IMG/VR virus record: IMGVR_UViG_3300049044_000033
Coordinates: 286,796-350,795 of that record
Length of the DNA: 64,000 nt
Source of the DNA: a virus
Lineage: Duplodnaviria > Heunggongvirae > Uroviricota > Caudoviricetes
Direction: 5' to 3' (one strand)
Shown here: positions 45,986 through 55,706 of the stretch, in pieces
How positions within the stretch are numbered: the stretch's first letter is position 1
Layout: the number at the start of each line of letters is the position of its first letter
Notes under the pieces: model-generated
Told to the model about the DNA's origin: nothing
Databases searched by the model: none
The model's input: the letters and a program-made list of their open reading frames with translations, nothing else
Program-made: the position numbers and the translations under genes

Positions 45986-46492
45986 ATGAAGGCATTTCTT
46001 ATCGCTGCTGCGGCAGCTCTGGTCGCAGTTGCGGCTCCTGCTTCGGCTCAGGATTTCACCGGTGCTCGTATCGGTGTGACCGGCGGTTACGATAACATCC
46101 AGGACCGTGAAGGCGTTACCTACGGCGTCGTAGTTGGCGTTGATGCGCCTGTTGCCAAGGGCGTGACCCTGGGCGTGGAAGCTACCCTGGAAGATTCGAC
46201 TGCTGACCAGTCGGTTCTGGAAGCTTCGCGCGAAATCGGCGTTGCTGCTCGTCTCGGCGTGAAGGTTCTGCCCAAGGCACAGATCTTCGGCAAGGTTGGT
46301 TATACCAACGCTCGCGTTGAACTGCAGGGCACCAATGCTGGCGTTTCGCTGGAAGGTCTGCGTTATGGCGGCGGCGTTGAATACGCTGTAACCGAGAAGG
46401 TTTACACCACTGTTGAATACCGTCGTTCGGAATACGAAGACGGCGTTGGCGGTCGTGATGGCGTCCTAGTTGGCGTCGGCTTCCGCTTCTAA
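45986..46492 (+). CDS. outer-membrane beta-barrel protein (Omp25/RopB/Ail-like) with signal peptide
   Basis: MKAFLIAAAAALVAVAAPASA-Q signal; alternating beta-strands; C-terminal GVGFRF BAM signal; terminator 46509-46541. Confidence 0.85.
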   Translation: MKAFLIAAAAALVAVAAPASAQDFTGARIGVTGGYDNIQDREGVTYGVVVGVDAPVAKGVTLGVEATLEDSTADQSVLEASREIGVAARLGVKVLPKAQIFGKVGYTNARVELQGTNAGVSLEGLRYGGGVEYAVTEKVYTTVEYRRSEYEDGVGGRDGVLVGVGFRF

Positions 46493-46636
46493 TTCGTTAG
46501 AAGTAAGCAAAAAAGGTAGAGGAGAAATCCTCTACCTTTTTTGTTGACTTTTGTGTCTTGACAAACGATCGACTTTGTTGTTTATAAGAGCTTCCCACTC
46601 GTGGGACTGAACTCTACAACCGAGGAGAAATACAAG

Positions 46637-46915
46637 ATGCATCCGCATGACGCTTTGAGCCCCAAGTGGCGTATTGAACCAGGCTCGATCAAAGTCATTT
46701 ATTCCAACAACGACTGGGCACTTGCCGACATCACATATGATGGCGTTCCTAGGACCGGTATTCGTTGGAACGGCGATATCAATGATCGCAATGACCTCGG
46801 CTATCCTAGTGCCCGTGGTAGCAACGGTGCGTGGTTTATGCTTCCCGATGAGCTCACAGTGATCGTGAAGGCCATGCTGTCGCTGGGATTGACGCTTCCC
46901 AAAAACATTATTTGA
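46637..46915 (+). CDS. conserved hypothetical protein
   Basis: SPKWR...GIRWNG...LGYPSARG...WFMLP; SD GAGGAG. Confidence 0.7.
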   Translation: MHPHDALSPKWRIEPGSIKVIYSNNDWALADITYDGVPRTGIRWNGDINDRNDLGYPSARGSNGAWFMLPDELTVIVKAMLSLGLTLPKNII

Positions 46916-46948
46916 TGAAGTAAAGGGGCAGAAGTTCTGCCCCTTTCT

Positions 46949-47806
46949 TTAGACTCGGCTAGTGAACTTACATTCATACTGCTGAGTGAATGCCTGAGCC
47001 GTCATCTGAGATCGAGTTCCTGTTTCCCAAGCCGTATCGCGTTCATTATGTAGGTACCATGGTACCTCTATACGTTCTGATGGAATGAGGGTTTTCGACC
47101 ACATTTTGTAGAAAAGGCCTTGATCATAGTTCGGTGTAGATTGTAGGATTGTTTTCGAAGATGGAGCCAAAGCTGGTTGAACGCTATTCCAGAACTCTTG
47201 CTCTTTTGAGTAGGAAATGAAAGCAGCATCAAAGACAACCATAAGATCAATAGTTGTCCCTCTAGCACAATCGTCCGATACTGCTCGAGCAATTATCTTA
47301 GAGCCATTGTTGAATCGGATCGAACCCCTAGAATATTCATCTAAAGCTGGCAATTCAACCTTAGATGTATCTATAAGATTTCTAACTTTGCCAATAGCAT
47401 CTAAAGCGCCTGCGTACTTAGGTGCTAGTAAGAGCACAGTGGAGTTCGGCTTAGTTACTGCTTCATAGAGGGCGTAGCAGGCTAAGAGGGTAGATAATCC
47501 CATCTGTCTAGCGTTATTGACAAGAACTAGACTTTCCGGTGTATCAGCTAGAGTCTTTAAAATGTCTTTCTGGAAGTCATAAGGATTGAAAGGTATATGA
47601 CCTTTCACCGGATGGAAGATATACTGACGAGATGCAAAGTCGACTAGAGAACGAATATTCATCCAGTTAACTTTTTCTTCAACCTGAATAGCACCAGGTG
47701 CTTCCATATGATATTGGGAGATTTGACGGGCTGCTTCGATGAGAGCCGAGACGTTTGTGCTGCCCGTGAGTTCACGAGCAAGTTTCAAGTATTCTAAATT
47801 ATCCAT
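46949..47806 (-). CDS. terminase-ATPase paralogue, catalytically degenerate, no nuclease domain
   Basis: IFHPVKGHIPFNPYDFQ, ARQMGLST (no Walker A Lys), LMVVFDAAF (no catalytic Glu), QSTPN, QQYECKF. Confidence 0.8.
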   Translation of the reverse strand: MDNLEYLKLARELTGSTNVSALIEAARQISQYHMEAPGAIQVEEKVNWMNIRSLVDFASRQYIFHPVKGHIPFNPYDFQKDILKTLADTPESLVLVNNARQMGLSTLLACYALYEAVTKPNSTVLLLAPKYAGALDAIGKVRNLIDTSKVELPALDEYSRGSIRFNNGSKIIARAVSDDCARGTTIDLMVVFDAAFISYSKEQEFWNSVQPALAPSSKTILQSTPNYDQGLFYKMWSKTLIPSERIEVPWYLHNERDTAWETGTRSQMTAQAFTQQYECKFTSRV

Positions 47807-48032
47807 TTTATCCTCTTGTCATTTCTGCAAGTTGGTGTAAGGTCGTTTCCGCCTTACATTTCTACTTATCACCCCTACGGCTACCACTCGCTAGGTAGAT
47901 TGGGTTAACTGTTCCAGCTTACAGAGAAGAGGAGGTCATGCTGATAGAGCTTTACAGGGGCTCATAGGTAACTGGTTTGATTGCTTGACTTTGGATAACT
48001 GATCAGTATAGTTGCGTCCAAAGGAGTAATGT

Positions 48033-48356
48033 ATGTCTGACCGTATTGAAAAGGCGTTTAAGGAACTCGTCGACGCTGTTACCATCGAAGCAACCGAGCA
48101 GGTTGAACGCATTCGCGCCCTGGCCGAACCGTTCATCAACCAGGTAGTGGCTCAGGCCACTGAAGTTATGACCGCTGCTAAGTCGCAGGTCGAGGAAATC
48201 CTGAAAGAAGCCGAGAAGGAAACCGAAAAGGAAGTTTCGGCTCCTACCCCTGAGCAGTATGTGGCAATTGTCGCGTTGCGAGGGCTGGGAAAGAGCGATG
48301 CTGAAATTGCTGAAACTGTCGGCGTTTCGATCCTCACTGTGAAGAAGGCTGTTTAA
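48033..48356 (+). CDS. small protein with C-terminal HTH
   Basis: GKSDAEIAETVGVSILTVKK; TTGACT-N16-TATAGT promoter. Confidence 0.7.
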   Translation: MSDRIEKAFKELVDAVTIEATEQVERIRALAEPFINQVVAQATEVMTAAKSQVEEILKEAEKETEKEVSAPTPEQYVAIVALRGLGKSDAEIAETVGVSILTVKKAV

Positions 48357-48407
48357 TCAAAAGTAGCCGGGTTAAATCCCCGGCTATTTTCTTTTAGGAG
48401 ATCGTAT

Positions 48408-48929
48408 ATGACAGAAACTATGGCAATTACAAAAAGCACTTTCCTTGATATAATTGCTAGTATGGGCGAAGGGAAAGCACCTTCGATGCCAGAAGAGGCA
48501 TGGTATCCCCCTTACGATGATCTACAAGCTTATGTTCGTTTCTTGTTTGATGGAAAACAAGGTAAGGAAATTGCTGAAGGTCATCCGGCAATCTCTGAGG
48601 AGGATGCTAGTGATTCTGATCTAGTGCTCTCTCCCGAACAAGCCATGTATGCTATTTCGGTCCACATGGCTTACCAGCTGAAGGACGAGTTCAAGTTGAT
48701 CAATCCAGGTCGTAACTGGAAGGGTATTCGAACGAAAGAACAAGACAACTATCTACGGCACTTGGACAATTGTATAGGTTGGTTCATGAAGAATGCACCA
48801 GATCCTTTTATTGTCTTTTGGGCTCGCACCACTCTTGGTATTTTCCGATTGACCTTTGATCATACTGTAATGAAGAACTGGGACGAATTCTCAGACAAAT
48901 ACCAGGATATCATACTCGCGAGCAACTAG
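48408..48929 (+). CDS. hypothetical protein
   Basis: 173-aa ORF with SD AGGAG. Confidence 0.65.
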   Translation: MTETMAITKSTFLDIIASMGEGKAPSMPEEAWYPPYDDLQAYVRFLFDGKQGKEIAEGHPAISEEDASDSDLVLSPEQAMYAISVHMAYQLKDEFKLINPGRNWKGIRTKEQDNYLRHLDNCIGWFMKNAPDPFIVFWARTTLGIFRLTFDHTVMKNWDEFSDKYQDIILASN

Positions 48930-49013
48930 TCATAAGAAAACCGAGAGCGTTTCCACTCTCGGTTCCCAATTCCTTGTTCCTTATGGAACCGGGCCGTAGC
49001 CCGGAACCAAATC

Positions 49014-50237
49014 TTAGAGGAACTTCAGGTTTGCAGTGTTGATACCGACCAGACCCAGGTAGTCTGCAGCGTTACCCAGCGACGATGCGCTGTTGGTGAG
49101 CTCCAGGTAGCCGTAACGGGTCATGAACGAAACCACTGGTTCGAAGGTCTGTGGGTCGATAACGACGCCCGACGAGGTCAGAGGAACGTATGGGCAGTAG
49201 TAAGCAGCAGCGTCGATTTCGCCCTGGCCCTTGTAACCAACTAGCACTGGAGTGTCGTCCTGTGCATACTGGTCAACGTAGACGCGAAGCGAGTTGTTCA
49301 GGGTACCAACATACTTGGTGTTGGTTGGAGCCTCGAACACACCTTCAGTGGTGCGAGCGAATGCCGAGGTGGTTGCCGACTGCAGGATGGTCAGAGCGGT
49401 TGGGCTCACGACGATCCAGTTAGCAGCGCCACGACGGGTGCGCTGTGCGATCAGGTTAGCCTGACGGTTGATCAGAACCGACAGTGCAGCATGTTCGTCA
49501 CCAACGAAGGTCGCGGTGCCGGAAACGCCAGCCTGGTCATAAACTGCGGTAGCAGCGCCTGGAAGCATACGCAGCGAGTTCAGGATTTCCTGGTCGATTT
49601 CTGCGGTGATTTCCTGTGCCAGAGCAGCCATGATTTCTGCTTCAATGTCGATGCCCTGCTGAGCCTGTGCGTCCTGCTGAGCTTCGAAGGTCCAGCGAGC
49701 CGACAGCCTGCGGGTCTTAGCTTCAACAGTTTCCTTCAGGATCTGGATCGACAGGCGGTTACCTGGACGACCTTCCAGAGCTGCGGTCGAAGCAGCACGT
49801 GGACCGTTTGCGTTGGTCACGCCGTTACCCGAGTATGCCTTAGCAATCTCGAATGGGCTCAGTGCTTCTGCACCAGCAGTAACGCCAGCAGCGTTGTCTG
49901 CGTAGCGAACGCGCAGGGTGTGGATCTGAGCAACTGGGCCAGTCATTGGCTGAACGCCGATGATTTCGTTAGCAATAACAGTTGGCATAACGCGACGCAG
50001 AACTGGAAGGATAACCTTGTTCAGAGTAGCAACGTTACCAGCTGCGGTTGCACCAGCGGAAGCAGTTTCCATCAGTGGGTTACGACGCATCAGGTCCTGA
50101 CGGGTGTTCTCAAGAACAACGTCCATTACCTTCTGCTTGTTTGGGTTGGCACTGCCATCCATGTTGACGAGAAGGTCACGACCCTCGCAGAGAGCTTCCT
50201 TAGTGGCCTTCCAATTGCTTTCAAAGAGCTTAGACAT
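49014..50237 (-). CDS. gp23: major capsid protein
   Basis: VLENT, ILPVLRRVMP, GVQPMTGP, VEAKTRRLSARWT, EITAEIDQEI, RRGAANW, YCPYVPL, FMTRYG. Confidence 0.97.
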   Translation of the reverse strand: MSKLFESNWKATKEALCEGRDLLVNMDGSANPNKQKVMDVVLENTRQDLMRRNPLMETASAGATAAGNVATLNKVILPVLRRVMPTVIANEIIGVQPMTGPVAQIHTLRVRYADNAAGVTAGAEALSPFEIAKAYSGNGVTNANGPRAASTAALEGRPGNRLSIQILKETVEAKTRRLSARWTFEAQQDAQAQQGIDIEAEIMAALAQEITAEIDQEILNSLRMLPGAATAVYDQAGVSGTATFVGDEHAALSVLINRQANLIAQRTRRGAANWIVVSPTALTILQSATTSAFARTTEGVFEAPTNTKYVGTLNNSLRVYVDQYAQDDTPVLVGYKGQGEIDAAAYYCPYVPLTSSGVVIDPQTFEPVVSFMTRYGYLELTNSASSLGNAADYLGLVGINTANLKFL

Positions 50238-50252
50238 CTTTAGTTTCTCCTA

Positions 50253-51656
50253 TTATTCAATACCAGCCAGTCGGCGTAGCTCTGCACGGTCATTTTCGGA
50301 CAGGGCAGCAACTTCCTCCGCGCGGGCAGATTCAGCAAGTGGGTTGACGCGGTTGCCAGTAACAGCTACCGTCTTCTTAGGTTCGGCGGCTTCAGCGAGC
50401 ACGCGACGACCCTGGTTTGCATTCCTCATGCCCTCGTTGAGGACAGTTGGAAGGTACTTCTGGAATGCTTCCTTCAGCTTGTCAGTCTTGACAGTCTCAA
50501 GAAGCTCTTCCATAACGTTCCTCTTCTCCTTACTTAGCGGAGAAAGAAGTTCGTTCTTGATCTGGACGCGAGCAGCACGTTCCTCAGCCAGCTTTGCGCG
50601 ACGTGCGCTTGCCTGAACTTCGGTGTCCTTCTCTGCCAGAATAGTGTTGACCTTAGCCAATGCTTCAGTCGATTCATTTAGCTGCGCCTGCAGCTTACGA
50701 ATCTCAGAACCTTCGCTGAGGTAGCTAGTCATGAACTCGGCCTGGAAAGCTTCAAACAGTCGACGACCGAACATATTGTTACGGGCTTCCTGAATGTCTT
50801 CCTTCAGCTGGGTCAGTTCGCCGCGGATTTGAGCTTCAACAGTCGATTCAACTAGCTTGCTTGCGCGAGCGATGAATGCCTTCTTGGTCTCTTCCAACTT
50901 TGCCTTGGACTCAGCAACCAGTCGAACGCGAGCCTCAACAAGAGCATTCTTGTCAACTTCTAGTTCGCCGATTTCCTTGTTCAGCTGCTCAAGGACAAAG
51001 CCCTCAAGCTTGTTGATGCGAGCAGCGGTTTGTTCATTCATTGCAATGCGGTGTTCGCGTAGCTTCTTTGCATCTACGACGCGCTGTTCCGACAGTGCCT
51101 TTTCCTGAGCCTTAACTGCCGAGATCTCTTCCGAGAGCTTCGACATAACAAACTGCTCAATCTTACCAACATGTTCAACTAGCTGGGCATCGTAAGAAGC
51201 CTTAGCTTCCGAGATTTCCTGTGCCAGCTTAACACGCTGTTCCTGCATCGCGCGGTGATCTTCGGAAAGTTCCTTGATCTCCTCAGCCAGCTGCTTGACT
51301 ACGAACTGTTCCAGAACACCGATGTGTTCTGCAGTCTTAGCCTTGTATTCAGCACGGGCTTCCTTGATAGCAGTGGTTAGCTTAGTGCGCTCTTCGTTTA
51401 GAGCCTTGGTCGCAGCAACCGACTCAACTGCATACTGCTTAACAGCGTCAGTGAGCATGTTGTCCATAGCTTCAACAAGGTTACCCTTGTCTGCTTCGAA
51501 ACGAGCCGAGAACTCTTCACGGATCTGCTCTTCAACTTCCTCACGGAGAGAAGCGCGGACCTCATCAAGCTTTACATTCCAAGCTTCTTCTAGTGCGGTC
51601 TTAGTTTCCTCATTGAGGAGACCGGACTCGAGAAGCGAATTTAGTCCATTTTCCAT
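50253..51656 (-). CDS. gp22: prohead core scaffold protein
   Basis: Long coiled coil between protease and capsid; FGRRLFEAFQAEF. Confidence 0.85.
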   Translation of the reverse strand: MENGLNSLLESGLLNEETKTALEEAWNVKLDEVRASLREEVEEQIREEFSARFEADKGNLVEAMDNMLTDAVKQYAVESVAATKALNEERTKLTTAIKEARAEYKAKTAEHIGVLEQFVVKQLAEEIKELSEDHRAMQEQRVKLAQEISEAKASYDAQLVEHVGKIEQFVMSKLSEEISAVKAQEKALSEQRVVDAKKLREHRIAMNEQTAARINKLEGFVLEQLNKEIGELEVDKNALVEARVRLVAESKAKLEETKKAFIARASKLVESTVEAQIRGELTQLKEDIQEARNNMFGRRLFEAFQAEFMTSYLSEGSEIRKLQAQLNESTEALAKVNTILAEKDTEVQASARRAKLAEERAARVQIKNELLSPLSKEKRNVMEELLETVKTDKLKEAFQKYLPTVLNEGMRNANQGRRVLAEAAEPKKTVAVTGNRVNPLAESARAEEVAALSENDRAELRRLAGIE

Positions 51657-51667
51657 TAGACCACTCC

Positions 51668-52306
51668 TTAGGCTTTGAGATTATGGATCCAGTTCAGGAG
51701 TTCTTTTGCAAGATGCCCCTGTGCCTTCGGATCATGCTTCACGGCATGTGCCAGGTCTTCAATGACTGCACCGCGACGACGCATATTTAATGCTTCGTAA
51801 ACGGCCTTTGGGTAAGCTTCTGGAGCCGATGGACGAGCCACGATATCAACGGTAACAATTTCGAAATCCGAAACATTACCACGATCGTCGACGTTACCGG
51901 AACCGCGGCTGCTAACACCTAGTTTCACACCATTTTCTAGAAGGGTGCGAACGATGTTGCCCATTGGAGTAGGAAGGATCTTGAGCTTGCCCATACCATT
52001 TGGACCGTCCATATACATCTCGGTGATCATGTGAGAAACACGGTCGATGTTAATATTCAGTTCTTCTGGATGGTCTGCTTCGCCCAGGACGCTTTCGCCC
52101 CTACGCAGAGTATCATTGATGCTATCCACTGCCATACGAATTTCGTTGACGGGATAGACACGCTGGTTATGGTTCTTGGTTCCACCCTGGACGAAAATAC
52201 CACGCATGAACAAGTCCTTAGGCTTGCCCTCGATGGGATTTGCGGCCTCTTCGATTGAGCACTTAGCTTCGTCGAAGTTCATTCTTTCGGTGAGTACCAA
52301 TGCCAT
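51668..52306 (-). CDS. gp21: prohead protease
   Basis: GIFVQG, NQRVYP, LGEADHP, LGVSSRGSG, DIVARPSAP. Confidence 0.95.
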   Translation of the reverse strand: MALVLTERMNFDEAKCSIEEAANPIEGKPKDLFMRGIFVQGGTKNHNQRVYPVNEIRMAVDSINDTLRRGESVLGEADHPEELNINIDRVSHMITEMYMDGPNGMGKLKILPTPMGNIVRTLLENGVKLGVSSRGSGNVDDRGNVSDFEIVTVDIVARPSAPEAYPKAVYEALNMRRRGAVIEDLAHAVKHDPKAQGHLAKELLNWIHNLKA

Positions 52307-52311
52307 GTTGC

Positions 52312-53295
52312 TTACTTCCTCTTGAAGTCCGAACCGCGCAGATCAGTTGCCTGACCGATTGGGCTCTTTGGCGAATCGCTACCGAAACCTTCCTTCGAGT
52401 TCAGCATTGCAGACTTGTCGCCTTCCTTGCTGACCTTAGTACGGCCGTCGGTTGCCTTCTTTACCTGGTTCTTCAGGAGTGGCTTGCTCTTGACTTCTGG
52501 AGCAGCTTCGCGGTCGTAACCAACGTGCTCTTCAGCCTTGATCTCAACTGCTTCACCACCAACGCGAGCGTCAGCGTCGTGCTCAGGAAGTGGGCTCTTT
52601 GCGTTCAGTGCAACCTTTGCACCGTCTGCTCCGATTTCCTTACCACCCTGCAGGTTTGGATCCTTAACTGGCTCTAGGGTCCAGCTCTCTTCGAGGTCAG
52701 CAAAGTCGTCAACGGATTCCGCAACTTCTTCCTCTTCCTCTTCTTCCTTCGATTCGAAGGTCAGAGATTCGTCAGCAACGACTTCTTCTTCGCCGCCGAA
52801 ATCAACAGGCTCACCAGCGTCAGCATCGACGTCCATTTCTGGACCTTCAACTTCAACTTCGCCGTTAACTTCTTCACCACCAACGATCGCAGTGAACTCT
52901 GCCTTCAGGCGAGCCATAACTGCTTCGAGGTCTTCGATAGTGTCGCCGAGTTCTTCCTCAGCGGAAACTTCTTCTGGGCTTTCAATTTCAGCACCGGCTT
53001 CTAGTTCGTCGCCAGCAACTTCTTCTTCACCACCCTCAACGTCGCCGTCCAGCTCTTCGCCAGCGTCTACATCAGCAACTTCGTCGTCGCCTTCTGCTTC
53101 GCTGTAGAACTCTTCAGCCTTGATTGCTTCCTGGTCATCCTCGATGTCCTGGGAAAGCGTATCGTCTTCCGACATTAGCTCTTCGTGAATCTTCTTCGAA
53201 GTTTCAACGAACCATTCATGCAGAAGGCCGGAAGCCTCAGAATGCTCTTCATTGACGAGCATTTCGAGAACCTTGCTCAGGTCTACTGTCTTCAT
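52312..53295 (-). CDS. acidic prohead core protein
   Basis: Highly acidic; late promoter TAAATA at about 53345; paralogue of 53461-54567. Confidence 0.7.
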   Translation of the reverse strand: MKTVDLSKVLEMLVNEEHSEASGLLHEWFVETSKKIHEELMSEDDTLSQDIEDDQEAIKAEEFYSEAEGDDEVADVDAGEELDGDVEGGEEEVAGDELEAGAEIESPEEVSAEEELGDTIEDLEAVMARLKAEFTAIVGGEEVNGEVEVEGPEMDVDADAGEPVDFGGEEEVVADESLTFESKEEEEEEEVAESVDDFADLEESWTLEPVKDPNLQGGKEIGADGAKVALNAKSPLPEHDADARVGGEAVEIKAEEHVGYDREAAPEVKSKPLLKNQVKKATDGRTKVSKEGDKSAMLNSKEGFGSDSPKSPIGQATDLRGSDFKRK

Positions 53296-53460
53296 AGGTT
53301 GCTCTCCTTGTTACATTGAACATCGCGTGGCTCTGTTCACCCTATATTTAACCTTTTTTCATTTTTACGTTTAGAAAAGGGTTAAAAAGTGCGTTTTTGG
53401 GCTCGCGAGGCTCAAAATGGAAAAGGAGGGGAAGATTACTCCCCCTCCGGTTATAGTCTC

Positions 53461-54567
53461 TTACTTTTTGAGACCTTTCGCACCCTTGCCACTGATTGGG
53501 CTTTGGGTATTCACAGAACCATCCATTTTGTTTAGGAGCGCGCCCTTTTCAGCGCCGACCTTCTTTGGATCGTCCTTGGAATTCTGAACGTGACCCTTAA
53601 CAGGTGCGTCCTTAACTACTGGAGCCTTTTCTAAGGCATGTCCCTTGTGCTCATCAGCCTTGATCTCTACAGGCTCACCACCGACGCGCTTGTCGCTCTT
53701 CTTGCTTGGGAGGGTAGACTTCTTGTTGACCGGAACCTTGCCTTCTTCGCCGACCTGTGCGCCTTCAACATTCTGAAGCTTATCCGAAACGGTCTCAAGA
53801 CCCTGGAATGCTTCATGAAGTTCTGCGATTAGGTCGTCAACTGACTCTTCAACCTGTTCTTCAGTCTTCTCTTCCTCTTCGGATTCGATAACCGATTCAA
53901 CAGCAGCAACTGGCTCAACCTTGAGGATTTCGATACGCTCTGGACCATCCATAGAGCCACTCGAACCTTCTTCCCACTCGTGTTCCCAAACTAGCTCACC
54001 AAGAGCAAACTTTGGATCACCGTCATATTGAGCAATCTCAGCCTGGGCCATTGCCTGTGCTTCTTCGGCCGAGGCAGCATGGAAGACCTTCGATGCCGAT
54101 TCGTAAGGGAAATCGCCGTGCATATCTTCCCAAACAAAATCTGCGGTAACGCGGAATGCCGAACCTTCTGCTTCATACTGAAGCGAAGCCTTTTCACGAC
54201 GAGCCTTGTTGGCAACCATATCCAGACCAGCAACACGACGACCGACCTTCTCATCATCAGCCGAAGAGCTATCACGGTCCTTACGGGCCTTCTTTGCGTA
54301 GGTCATCATAGTGTCACGGGACAGTTCGTCCACTCGGTCTTCATCGAGATCTTCCGAGTCGTCTTCAGCAACAGCTTCAGAAGATTCTTCAACCTTCTCA
54401 TCTTCAGCTTCATCTTCTTCGTCTGATTCAACGACAGTTTCACCAGTCAACTGAGCATGAACTTGCTTGGCTGAATCAACAAACCACTCGTGAAGAGCAG
54501 CAGAGACATCATCGATGTTTTCGCTATCCAGCGACTCCATGATGTCCATAAGGGTAATTTTCTTCAT
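53461..54567 (-). CDS. acidic prohead core protein paralogue with inserted modules
   Basis: Shares LHEWFV and RVGGE.VEIKA.EH.G with 52312-53295. Confidence 0.7.
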   Translation of the reverse strand: MKKITLMDIMESLDSENIDDVSAALHEWFVDSAKQVHAQLTGETVVESDEEDEAEDEKVEESSEAVAEDDSEDLDEDRVDELSRDTMMTYAKKARKDRDSSSADDEKVGRRVAGLDMVANKARREKASLQYEAEGSAFRVTADFVWEDMHGDFPYESASKVFHAASAEEAQAMAQAEIAQYDGDPKFALGELVWEHEWEEGSSGSMDGPERIEILKVEPVAAVESVIESEEEEKTEEQVEESVDDLIAELHEAFQGLETVSDKLQNVEGAQVGEEGKVPVNKKSTLPSKKSDKRVGGEPVEIKADEHKGHALEKAPVVKDAPVKGHVQNSKDDPKKVGAEKGALLNKMDGSVNTQSPISGKGAKGLKK

Positions 54568-54703
54568 TATTAACTCCTTCGCGAAAGGGGTCGGGAGGGA
54601 TATATCCCTCCAATTTCATTATCTCTTATTTAATTATTCTGATTGAGAGGGTTTGCTTGACAAGCCGATTCTAAGCCGTAACATACAGGCAAAGGAGAAT
54701 GAC

Positions 54704-55120
54704 GTGTCTATCAATCAAAGCCTCGTGAATGATGTGAAAGAATTCCTCGATAGTGGAGATCGAGAGTTCCTCACTACCCTTCAAATGGGTCCTCGCGACG
54801 ACATTGAGGGACAAGCTGTCGTGCGCTACTTGATGCAGCTCAAGCATTGGCCTCTTACTCCCGATAGTGACTTTGCGAAAACCCTCGACCATCTCTTCGG
54901 TGAATACCCCGAACGGAAGAAAATCGAGCCAGAGACCTATCAGGTTACCACAGAGAAGCTGATCCTTGATGCTTTCAACTATCAGTGTGTTGAGGTAAAA
55001 CCCGAACCAAAGCCGGTAGTAGAAGAGAAGCCAAAGAAGACCAAGAAGTCACCTAAGGAAAAGGCTGCCGAAGAGGGTGAAAGTGGTTCGAAGACATTTA
55101 AGCCTCTAAAAGATGCTTGA
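54704..55120 (+). CDS. hypothetical protein
   Basis: GTG start after SD AAGGAG; TTGACA promoter at 54657. Confidence 0.6.
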   Translation: MSINQSLVNDVKEFLDSGDREFLTTLQMGPRDDIEGQAVVRYLMQLKHWPLTPDSDFAKTLDHLFGEYPERKKIEPETYQVTTEKLILDAFNYQCVEVKPEPKPVVEEKPKKTKKSPKEKAAEEGESGSKTFKPLKDA

Positions 55121-55164
55121 CTAGGTGCACCTTAGTTGCTAGATAGGAACTAAGGAGTCGCATT

Positions 55165-55455
55165 ATGTCTATGGATACAAACAAGATTAAGGTTATCGTT
55201 GCTCAGGCAAAAGCTCTGACAAGTGGCGAAGAACAACCTCAAAACCTCATGGACATAATGGTCAGGGATATGGCAAAATCGCCTACATTCGCCGTGGCTA
55301 TCATTCAACATCTCAAAGACAAAGGTGTTGATCTGATGAAGGAAGGTGGGGAAGCCGCTGAAGCTTTTCGGGCAAAGTTTCGGCCGCAGATAGAAAAACT
55401 GGGCGAACGTGAATTCGCCCAGATTCGTAAAATTTCCTCGAAACTGTTTGGTTAG
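55165..55455 (+). CDS. hypothetical protein
   Basis: TTGACT-N17-TAGATA promoter; SD AAGGAG. Confidence 0.6.
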   Translation: MSMDTNKIKVIVAQAKALTSGEEQPQNLMDIMVRDMAKSPTFAVAIIQHLKDKGVDLMKEGGEAAEAFRAKFRPQIEKLGEREFAQIRKISSKLFG

Positions 55456-55706
55456 ATTTCGCCGCCTTCTTCGTCTCCACCTACACCATACATAATACCA
55501 AGAAGCTCTTGCTTCTTGATCATCTCTAGGTTCTTGGTAGAACGGATCTTCTTCAGGCGGTTGATCATCCTTAGAGTCAAACTAGGCTTACGAGTATCAC
55601 CTAGTTTGTGGCCATTAATAGCGTCTTCTTCTGGATTATAGAAGCCTACTTCTTCCTGATCGTCAGGGACTTGTGGGCTTTCTTTTAGAATCTCAAGATA
55701 CCTCAT
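55452..55706 (-). CDS. small conserved protein downstream of portal
   Basis: DTRKPSLTLRMINRLKKIR...MYG; ATGA overlap with portal. Confidence 0.75.
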   Translation of the reverse strand: MRYLEILKESPQVPDDQEEVGFYNPEEDAINGHKLGDTRKPSLTLRMINRLKKIRSTKNLEMIKKQELLGIMYGVGGDEEGGEI

